Source of the DNA: Promethearchaeota archaeon
Lineage (GTDB): Archaea; Asgardarchaeota; Lokiarchaeia; Sigyniarchaeales; SOKP01
NCBI GenBank assembly: GCA_019058295.1
Contig: JAHPZI010000018.1
Coordinates: forward strand, 2,134-66,133
DNA length: 64,000 nt
Direction of reading: 5' to 3'
Shown here: piece after piece, positions 56,712 through 64,000 of the stretch
Layout: every line of letters starts with the position of its first letter
Numbering within the stretch: position 1 is the first letter of the stretch
Translations under genes and position numbers: made by a program
Notes under the pieces: generated by a model
Seen by the model: the letters and a program-made list of their open reading frames with translations, nothing else
The model's database searches: none
Told to the model about the DNA's origin: nothing

Positions 56712-57224
56712 TTAATCTATTTCTGTACCACAGTCGCCACAAAATTTTTCTGATCCATCCATTGGGGTCCCACAATTTGGGCAAAACATCTTATTTCCAC
56801 TTGAAGCAGGTTCTGGTTGTGCTGGTTGAACTTGTGCTGCGGGTGTTGCTACTGGTGCTGGTGCTGGTGCTGGTGTGCCTGGCATGCTAGTAATTTCAGC
56901 GTAGATAGTACTCCAAATTTTTTGGTTAGGCACTTTATTACCGTGAATTGGACAAGTACACTTAATTATTGTCCAAGGCCCTGCTATTTTAATAAGATTT
57001 GGTGTTGCATCTTGTCCGCATTTAAAACATTTAAAGACTGAATTACGAATGTAAGGCATAACAAGATCTTTTTGCATTAAAGGAAGTTTAATAGTTCTTC
57101 CTCCATGGGTTGGGCACCTTTGTTTTATGATCATTTGAGTTCCTGCAAGTTTTACAAGAAAAATAGCACCCATGGTTCCACATCGAGGGCAACTAAATAT
57201 GGTACTATAATCTATGTGACTCAT
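56712..57224 (-). CDS. Multi-zinc-knuckle protein with Pro/Ala-rich linker and C-terminal zinc ribbon
   Basis: 170 aa. Internal repeat CPRCG...IIKQRCPTHG / CFKCGQ...IIKCTCPIHG. Linker PGTPAPAPAPVATPAAQVQPAQPEP. Tail FCPNCGTPMDGSEKFCGDCGTEID. Confidence 0.5.
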   Translation of the reverse strand: MSHIDYSTIFSCPRCGTMGAIFLVKLAGTQMIIKQRCPTHGGRTIKLPLMQKDLVMPYIRNSVFKCFKCGQDATPNLIKIAGPWTIIKCTCPIHGNKVPNQKIWSTIYAEITSMPGTPAPAPAPVATPAAQVQPAQPEPASSGNKMFCPNCGTPMDGSEKFCGDCGTEID

Positions 57225-57423
57225 TAAATTTTCTCTCCAATTTTAATTTACAAAAAACTAATAACTTTTATTATATTTATAAAATCTTTAAAAAAATAAT
57301 GAAAACATTTACTTAAATTTTTATGTAGCATAAAAAACTAAGAATTTGAGAAATACCTAATTAAATCCTATTTGACATTTAAATATGAAAAAAAATATTT
57401 TTAGAAAAGTAATAATCTTCAAT

Positions 57424-57906
57424 TTAGTCTATTTCTGCGCCACACGTGCCGCAAAATCTCCCTGATCCTTCTATTGGTGTTCCGCAATTTGGACAAAACT
57501 TATTTTCGTCGTTTGGAGTAGGTTGTGCTGGTTGAGGTTGTGCTGGTTGAGGTGTTGTATGGCCCTTGCTAGATATTTCAGCGTAAACAGAACTCCAAAT
57601 CTTTTGGAAGGGCAGTTTATTTCCGTGAGTAGGACAATTACATTTGATTACAGTATAAGGTCCTTTTATTTTCACTTGATCCTCTGTAGCTTTTTGTCCG
57701 CATTTAAAACATCGAAAAACTCCACTTCGAAGGAGATCGATATAATATTGTTCCTGCAAATAAGGCACTCTGAAGCTTCTTGCTCCATGTTTAGGACATT
57801 TTTGTTTTATGACCATTGAATTTCCAGCCATTTTTACGAGATAAACAGTACCTATAGCTCTACATCGAGGGCAGCTAAACATCTTATTATAATCCATATA
57901 AGCCAT
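57424..57906 (-). CDS. Multi-zinc-knuckle protein, paralog of 56712..57224
   Basis: 160 aa. Same Cys/His layout. Linker TPQPAQPQPAQPTP. Tail FCPNCGTPIEGSGRFCGTCGAEID. Confidence 0.5.
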   Translation of the reverse strand: MAYMDYNKMFSCPRCRAIGTVYLVKMAGNSMVIKQKCPKHGARSFRVPYLQEQYYIDLLRSGVFRCFKCGQKATEDQVKIKGPYTVIKCNCPTHGNKLPFQKIWSSVYAEISSKGHTTPQPAQPQPAQPTPNDENKFCPNCGTPIEGSGRFCGTCGAEID

Positions 57907-58061
57907 TAGTTTTTCTCACCAATATTAAATTATTAAGAAAAAAAGATATGATTCACTTAAACTTTTATTATGTTAATTAAATTAAGAATTATTTTGTTTT
58001 TACTTAAATATAATTCTTTGAGGGATTTGAATGGATTTAAGATTAAAGAAAAAGCTAGGAT

Positions 58062-58742
58062 TTATGATTGAATTTCCAAAGAAATATCAATATGACTTTC
58101 TTCCTTTTTGCTTGAAAGATGAATATCTTCAACATTACATATGACTTTTATATCTAAATTCCTCAAATATATTCCCTCGGTAATTCCGCACACTACATAA
58201 AAAAAATAAATGAAATCATCAGTATTGTCTAAATATTCTGAATTTTTAATTCTATATAATACTTTATTTTGATAAAGTTCTAAAATCGAAATATCTATAT
58301 CATCTTGAAAAAAATCAAATGAATTATAGAATTCTCTAAAAAGTTTTAAAAAAGCTTTAGTATCAGAATTTTTTCTGAGTTTTTCTATTTCTTTACGGTA
58401 AGGATCTCCAAGAGAAAATTCAAAGTGGTCTAAAATTTTTAAACCAACTTCTTTACAAAGATCCTCCTTATTTGGAAGTTTGCTTTTTAACGCATATAGC
58501 AATGCTTGAATAAAATTATTAACTAGTTTCTTACGGATAAATTTTCTTTTTTTACTATAGTATAGTCGCGCAGCGCCTATGTCCTTTTTATTTACTAATT
58601 CTTCAGCTTCTAAGATGCCTAAATATTTTGAAACAGTATTGCGATGAATTTTTGCTTTACTTGAAATTTCTGTAATTGTTAAGCCAGAAGCAGAATCGGA
58701 CAATGTATTTAATATTTTAGATTTATAATCGTTTTTTTCCAT
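58062..58742 (-). CDS. Winged-helix (HTH) transcriptional regulator with uncharacterised C-terminal domain
   Basis: 226 aa. N-terminus LSDSASGLTITEISSKAKIHRNTVSKYLGILEAEELV is a typical archaeal wHTH. Divergent from the rSAM pair. Confidence 0.55.
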   Translation of the reverse strand: MEKNDYKSKILNTLSDSASGLTITEISSKAKIHRNTVSKYLGILEAEELVNKKDIGAARLYYSKKRKFIRKKLVNNFIQALLYALKSKLPNKEDLCKEVGLKILDHFEFSLGDPYRKEIEKLRKNSDTKAFLKLFREFYNSFDFFQDDIDISILELYQNKVLYRIKNSEYLDNTDDFIYFFYVVCGITEGIYLRNLDIKVICNVEDIHLSSKKEESHIDISLEIQS

Positions 58743-58955
58743 TATTATTAAAATGAATGAATTATTATTTATATGTTATTGTGCTTTTATTGTTGTGCTT
58801 TATTGCTTACATATCTTATTTTGAAGAGAAAATGTATTTTTATAACTGAATTTGCTAAATTTTATTTTTAATTAATGCACAGCATTTAAATATTTTTCCA
58901 TCCTTCTAAATTATGATAACTAATTAAATGTAATATAATAAAAAAAGGTCTAATT

Positions 58956-60797
58956 ATGATATCAGATAGAATTTTATTAACGACACCTTGTTATCCCTAT
59001 CCTACTCTCCCTGCTAACGATTCCCTTACAGATGCTACTGGTCAGCGTTTTACTCATGGTGATGAACTTTTTACTATTGTTTCACATACTCACTGCTACG
59101 CAAACCATATTCTGGCTCAAAATATTGATATTCCTGCCACCTTGCTTGAATATCCTAGATGGGATAATTTTACTGAAGAAGTAGATAAAGGCTATGCCAC
59201 AATCGGCATCAGCTCGTTTCCAGTTCATCTTGATATGGTCATGAAAATGTGCGAATACATCCGTAAAGCATCCCCTGAAACAAAAATACTTTTGGGTTCC
59301 TATGGGGCTCAGGCATTTGACGCGCAATACGACGAGGAAACTAAAAAAAAATATGTGGATCATGTGGTAAAAGGTGAGGGGGTAAAATGGCTTCGTGAAT
59401 ATTTAGGTGAGGATACAAACCGCCCTATTTCACAAAAGTTAATGCCTAAATGTGGTGGTGCGCCACCATTTCTAAATAAATATCCTAGAGGCGGTATCGG
59501 TTTTCTTGTAACAGGCTTAGGCTGCCCTGGTGGATGCGACTTTTGCTCAACAACCGAAATGTACGGCCAAAAACGGATTGAAATGCTTACGCCAGACGAA
59601 TTTGTAAATAATGCTCAACTTTATCGTAAGAACTTTTCGAGGTGTACTTCACTTTTTGTAATAGAAGAAGATCATTTCCGTCATCCCCGATGGCTCGTTA
59701 AAACTAGGGAACGATGGCTGCAAGACAATGATCTTATAGAAAATATGGACTGGACTGGTTTTGGTTCAGTGGATTTTATCTGGCATTTTGCTAAAAATTA
59801 TGGATGGGATGCCATTCCTGAATCAGGAATAGGAGCGATTTTCATAGGTGTGGAATCCAAGTTCGCTGGCGAACATGGTTATAGGAAAGTTAAAGAAGCT
59901 GATGCTCGAGATGTGTTTTATAAGCTTCATTCGATGGGGATTCGTACACTTGGAGCATGGATATGTGGTTGGGATTTTCATAACCATTCAAATATGTACG
60001 AAGATCTTAATTATTTCGTAGCTTGTAAACCGACTTACGAACAGCTCACTCGCATGTCCCCGTTCCCTGGTACCGAATTATGGCGTAAGCTTAAAGATCA
60101 GGGACGTGTAATGGACGTGCCTTGGGAAGATGTACATTTTTGGAGCGGTGCGCAAAAAAACATCTCTATGGAAACCCACGAAACCTTAAATTTGACCGAA
60201 TATGGATATGAGTTATTGTATAAAACGTGGGGCCCGTCCATACTTAGAAGGTTTGAATGTACACTCAACGGTTATGAACACTGTATGAATTCTGATAATC
60301 CCTTGATGAGGGATATCAGATCCAATTTATTCAAACGAGGATGCGTGGTAACATGGATGATGTTAGGTGCAATGGATCGCTTTGCGCCAAATGGTGTTGT
60401 AAGACGAAGAGTCATAAAAGCAGATGAAAAATTTAGGGATCTTTTTGGTGAACCCTCCCCAATAATGCAATTAATCTCCAGTGCTGTTGAACAGAAAGCA
60501 TTGCAATTTAAAAAGAAACACCAGTTTGATCCATTTAATCGAAGACCACGAGAAGAACCGGCTAAGATCTATCTTTACGAAAAGGATGGATCCCTGAAAG
60601 ATGAAGATATCCCTTACCAAACAGTATATCCAAATAAAATACCGGAAAAGATCCAGAAAGAAATGGACGCTAGTGAAACTTTTTATACAAATTTAGTCGA
60701 AACTTATATGAATTCTGCGAGACCAAGCAATGCAAGAAACAAGTTAGATGAGTATCTTATAAAAAATATAGGAGAGCGAAGCTACGGCGGATTCTAA
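58956..60797 (+). CDS. B12-domain-type radical SAM enzyme (distinct subfamily), tandem copy 1
   Basis: 613 aa. ATIGISSFPVHLDMVMKMCEYIRKASPETKILLGSYGAQ...VKGEGV (B12-type domain), then GLGCPGGCDFCST (CxxxCxxC). Confidence 0.7.
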   Translation: MISDRILLTTPCYPYPTLPANDSLTDATGQRFTHGDELFTIVSHTHCYANHILAQNIDIPATLLEYPRWDNFTEEVDKGYATIGISSFPVHLDMVMKMCEYIRKASPETKILLGSYGAQAFDAQYDEETKKKYVDHVVKGEGVKWLREYLGEDTNRPISQKLMPKCGGAPPFLNKYPRGGIGFLVTGLGCPGGCDFCSTTEMYGQKRIEMLTPDEFVNNAQLYRKNFSRCTSLFVIEEDHFRHPRWLVKTRERWLQDNDLIENMDWTGFGSVDFIWHFAKNYGWDAIPESGIGAIFIGVESKFAGEHGYRKVKEADARDVFYKLHSMGIRTLGAWICGWDFHNHSNMYEDLNYFVACKPTYEQLTRMSPFPGTELWRKLKDQGRVMDVPWEDVHFWSGAQKNISMETHETLNLTEYGYELLYKTWGPSILRRFECTLNGYEHCMNSDNPLMRDIRSNLFKRGCVVTWMMLGAMDRFAPNGVVRRRVIKADEKFRDLFGEPSPIMQLISSAVEQKALQFKKKHQFDPFNRRPREEPAKIYLYEKDGSLKDEDIPYQTVYPNKIPEKIQKEMDASETFYTNLVETYMNSARPSNARNKLDEYLIKNIGERSYGGF

Positions 60798-60853
60798 TAT
60801 TATTTATAGAAAAAAAATAAATAAAAATTTTTTAAAAACAATTCAAAAGTATG

Positions 60854-60883
60854 GTAAATAATTAAAAAGTAAATAATTAAAAA
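60854..60883 (+). repeat. Exact 2 x 15-nt tandem direct repeat upstream of the second rSAM copy
   Basis: GTAAATAATTAAAAA occurs at 60854-60868 and again at 60869-60883, 24 nt upstream of the ATG at 60907. Confidence 0.6.
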
Positions 60884-60906
60884 AAATATAAAAAAAAGGG
60901 CTAAAT

Positions 60907-62754
60907 ATGATATCAGATAGAATTTTATTAACGACACCTTGTTATCCCTATCCTACTCTCCCTGCTAACGATTCCCTTACAGATGCTACTGGTCAGCGTT
61001 TTACTCATGCTGATGATATTTTTACTCTTATTTCACATACTCACTGTTACGCAAACCATATTCTGGCTCAGAATATTAAAATTCCTGCCACTTTACTTGA
61101 ATATCCTAGATGGCAAAATTTTACCGAAGAAGTGGATAAAGGCTATGCCACAATCGGCATCAGTTCGTTTCCAGTTCATCTTGATATGGTCATGAAAATG
61201 TGCAAATACATCCGAAAGGTATCCCCTGAAACAAAAATACTCTTGGGTTCCTATGGGGCTCAGGCATTCGATGCGCAATATGACGAGGAAACTAAAAAAA
61301 AATATGTGGACCATGTGGTAAAAGGTGAGGGTGTTAAATGGCTTCGTGAATATTTAGGCGAGGATACAGACCGCCCTATATCACAAAAGTTAATGCCTAA
61401 ATGTGGTGGTGCCCCAGCATTTCTAAACAAATATCCTAGAGGTGGTATCGGTTTTCAAGTAACAGGCTTAGGCTGCCCTGGTGGATGCGATTTCTGTTCA
61501 ACAACCGAAATGTATGGTAAAAAACGAATTGAAATGCTTACACCAGACGAATTTGTAAATAATGCTGAACTTTATCGTAAGCACTTCCCGGATTGTTCTT
61601 CACTCTTTGTAATAGAAGAAGATCATTTCCGCCATCCCCGGTGGCTCGTTAAAACTAGGGACAGATGGATGCAAAACAAAGATCTTATAGAAAATATGGA
61701 CTGGACTGGTTTTGGTTCAGTGGATTTTATCTGGCATTTTGCTAAGAATTATGGATGGGATGCCATTCCCGAAACAGGAATGGGAGCGGTTTTCGTTGGT
61801 GTGGAATCCAAATTCGCTGGCGAACATGGTTATAAGAAAGTTAAAGAAGCTGATGCTCGAGATGTGTTTCATAAGCTTCATTCATTGGGGATTCGCACAC
61901 TTGGAGCGTGGATATGTGGTTGGGATTATCATAACCATTCAAATATGTACGAAGATCTTAATTATTTCGTAGCTTGTAAACCAACTTACGAACAGCTAAC
62001 ACGCATGTCCCCGTTTCCCGGTACTGAATTATGGCGTAAGCTTAAAGAACAAGGACGTGTAATGAACGTACCTTGGGAAGATGTCCATTTCTGGAGCGGT
62101 GCGCAAAAAAATATCTCTATGGAAACCCACGAAACCTTAAATCTGACTGAGTATGGGTATGATTTATTGTATAAAACATGGGGGCCATCAATACTAAGAA
62201 GGTTTGAAGTTCAACTCAATGGGTATGAGCATTGTATGAATTCTGATAATCCCTTGATGAGGGATATCAAATCCAACTTCTTCAAACGAGAGTTGGCAGT
62301 AATATGGATTATGTTAGGATCTATGGATCTATTTGCGCCAAATGGTGTTGTTAGACGAAGAGTTATGAAAGCAGATGAAAGATTTAGGGACCTTCTTGGT
62401 GAACCTACTCCAATGATGGAATTAATTTCACGTGGTATTGAAAAGAGAGCTATAAAATTCAAAAAGAAACATATGTTTGATCCATTTAATCGAAGAGCAC
62501 GGGAGGAACCGGCTAAGGAATATCTTTACGAGAAGGATGGATCCATTAAAGATGAAGATATCCCTTACAAAACTATATATCCAAATAAAATTCCGAGAAA
62601 AACAAGAAGGGAAATGAGGCGTGTAAATAGGAGATACGGTGCAATAAGTAATTTCTTAAGTTGGAGATATAAAATTAAATCAGACAAAAAAGGAAACGAG
62701 TTAGATGCAATTGTTGCGAAAAATATAAAAAAGCAAACTTACCCCGGATTTTAA
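60907..62754 (+). CDS. B12-domain-type radical SAM enzyme, tandem copy 2
   Basis: 615 aa. The first 33 residues are identical to copy 1, and identity is high through ~residue 560. GLGCPGGCDFCST. Confidence 0.7.
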   Translation: MISDRILLTTPCYPYPTLPANDSLTDATGQRFTHADDIFTLISHTHCYANHILAQNIKIPATLLEYPRWQNFTEEVDKGYATIGISSFPVHLDMVMKMCKYIRKVSPETKILLGSYGAQAFDAQYDEETKKKYVDHVVKGEGVKWLREYLGEDTDRPISQKLMPKCGGAPAFLNKYPRGGIGFQVTGLGCPGGCDFCSTTEMYGKKRIEMLTPDEFVNNAELYRKHFPDCSSLFVIEEDHFRHPRWLVKTRDRWMQNKDLIENMDWTGFGSVDFIWHFAKNYGWDAIPETGMGAVFVGVESKFAGEHGYKKVKEADARDVFHKLHSLGIRTLGAWICGWDYHNHSNMYEDLNYFVACKPTYEQLTRMSPFPGTELWRKLKEQGRVMNVPWEDVHFWSGAQKNISMETHETLNLTEYGYDLLYKTWGPSILRRFEVQLNGYEHCMNSDNPLMRDIKSNFFKRELAVIWIMLGSMDLFAPNGVVRRRVMKADERFRDLLGEPTPMMELISRGIEKRAIKFKKKHMFDPFNRRAREEPAKEYLYEKDGSIKDEDIPYKTIYPNKIPRKTRREMRRVNRRYGAISNFLSWRYKIKSDKKGNELDAIVAKNIKKQTYPGF

Positions 62755-62792
62755 AATTTTTTAAAGAAGTAGCGATATAATTGGTGATTTAA

Positions 62793-63878
62793 ATGAGCGT
62801 CAAAAAAAATCCAGATTCCATTCCAAGTAATACACCAGTCAGTAGCATTCCAGCTGATTATTATCCACAAGGATGCGGATTCTGGTATGAAATAACAGAA
62901 GGACTTGATGCTGGGAAAAAAATTTTCTACAGAGATAGCATTCATGGATCAGGAAATCCAGAAAACACAATTGTATTTGTTCATGGCAATCCCGAATGTT
63001 CCTACACATATAGAGATGTTATCAGTAACTTGATCAGTTCTGCCAAGAAACCTTTCAGGGTCGTTGCAATGGATCATATTGGTTTTGGCTTATCTGATCA
63101 AGCGTCATTTGAAATGGTTTGTATGGATCATGCCGAGAATCTATTAGAACTTATAGAGCATCTTGATTTGAAAAATGTAACTCTAATAATACATGATTGG
63201 GGTGGTCCAATAGGTGTTGGCGCTTTCTTGAAAGTTCCTGATCGAGTAAAAAATCTTGTCATATTAAATACTACTGTTTTTCCGATACCAGATACAGGAT
63301 TGACTTACCTTAATTATCCTTCTCCACGCTCTCCATGGGCTGGATCACCTAAATTTATTCCAAACAAGAATTGGGGGTCTTTTGCTGCAACCATCATCTT
63401 TATTGAACCTATGGAATCAAAAGAATTGGTAGCACATTTGATGAATTCTATGCGTGAAAAAGAGATGGGAAATTTTGTTCCTGAGAAGAAAACGGCTCAA
63501 ATGATTTTTAAAGAACAATTTGAGACGGAAGCAAATGCTTTAAGCTCAAAACGATTAGTACTTCAAACGCCAGTATGGGGTCATGGAAATACATATAAAG
63601 ACCCCAATCTTGGTGATCGGGATACAACTCCCTTCTATCGCTTTATACAAGACAATATTAGTAAATTGTGGGGCCCTAATGGTCAAAATATTGGAGTCCG
63701 TGCCGTTTTAGGAAAATGGGATCCCTCAGCTAAAGATGAAGTTATGCAACAATGGATTGACCATCTGCCTCAACTTGAAGGACATGTTAAAGAATTTGAA
63801 AACATAAGTCATTTCATTGAAGAACACAAACCAGAAGCAATTGCGAATGCTATTATTGATGTGGCTAGCTTAAAATAA
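62793..63878 (+). CDS. Alpha/beta-hydrolase, haloalkane-dehalogenase/epoxide-hydrolase-like
   Basis: 361 aa. VFVHGNPECSYTYRDV and IIHDWGGPIG (nucleophile-elbow Asp) blocks. C-terminal ISHFIEEHKPE (catalytic His region). Confidence 0.7.
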   Translation: MSVKKNPDSIPSNTPVSSIPADYYPQGCGFWYEITEGLDAGKKIFYRDSIHGSGNPENTIVFVHGNPECSYTYRDVISNLISSAKKPFRVVAMDHIGFGLSDQASFEMVCMDHAENLLELIEHLDLKNVTLIIHDWGGPIGVGAFLKVPDRVKNLVILNTTVFPIPDTGLTYLNYPSPRSPWAGSPKFIPNKNWGSFAATIIFIEPMESKELVAHLMNSMREKEMGNFVPEKKTAQMIFKEQFETEANALSSKRLVLQTPVWGHGNTYKDPNLGDRDTTPFYRFIQDNISKLWGPNGQNIGVRAVLGKWDPSAKDEVMQQWIDHLPQLEGHVKEFENISHFIEEHKPEAIANAIIDVASLK

Positions 63879-64000
63879 ATAGGAATCTTTTTATTAAAAA
63901 AAAATAAAAATTTTTTTTTATTTCGTTATTTTTGTTAGTTAATCATTTCTATCTGAATTAGGAGGTCTGTTGATTGAAAGAATTTAATATTTTCCAATAT

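Noticed and set aside
1-64000. Scan for CRISPR arrays, tRNA/rRNA genes, transposases, integrases, prophage or toxin-antitoxin modules
   Set aside because: I saw no regularly spaced direct repeats, no GC-rich structured RNA islands in the AT-rich spacers, and no ORF with DDE, tyrosine/serine recombinase or capsid/terminase-like motifs. Paralog clusters appear to arise by local tandem duplication rather than by mobile elements.

Overview
The window is visibly AT-rich, densely coding, and reads as archaeal and anaerobic. Supporting genes are HdrA-MvhD, an archaeal-type AMP phosphorylase, a CDP-alcohol phosphatidyltransferase and many zinc-ribbon proteins. The mix resembles Asgard/Lokiarchaeia-type genomes, but taxonomy cannot be proven from this window. 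I recognised no rRNA, tRNA, CRISPR array, transposase or integrase.

Gene content from left to right:
- 1-10.9 kb: a partial class I aldolase and a GH15-like hydrolase, then a sulfatase island with a Cys-type arylsulfatase, its radical-SAM maturase, two SCP2 proteins and three DMT/EamA paralogs.
- 11-20 kb: housekeeping and sugar-type genes (nitroreductase, hisS, two Gfo/Idh/MocA oxidoreductases, an amidohydrolase, an enolase-superfamily enzyme, pyrF).
- 20.9-23.4 kb: an hdrA-mvhD pair interrupted by four in-frame TGA codons at conserved Cys positions, which I read as selenocysteine.
- 25.8-27.3 kb: an AMP phosphorylase gene.
- 27.3-62.8 kb: a region exceptionally rich in radical SAM genes. 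It holds 9 class-B (B12-domain) and 2 SPASM enzymes; with the sulfatase maturase at 8729-9937 the window total is 12.

Main candidate for a new system: a nine-gene minus-strand cluster at 27352-39965. It combines three U32-type (UbiU/V-like) proteins, one of them fused to an SCP2 domain, with an NphB-like ABBA aromatic prenyltransferase, two rSAM-SPASM enzymes and two class-B rSAM enzymes. Five of these proteins carry the same PCP_red-like helical domain. I interpret it as an undescribed O2-independent tailoring pathway for a lipophilic aromatic, quinone-like or tetrapyrrolic substrate.

This cluster is divergently transcribed from a lipid/glycan-type cluster: a CDP-alcohol phosphatidyltransferase, a processive GT2 and three tandem class-B rSAM genes, followed by an acetyltransferase, a GT2, a CE4 deacetylase and another rSAM.

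Three genes have conserved N-termini that lack ATG/GTG/TTG and carry ATC, ATT or ATA where the start codon is expected.
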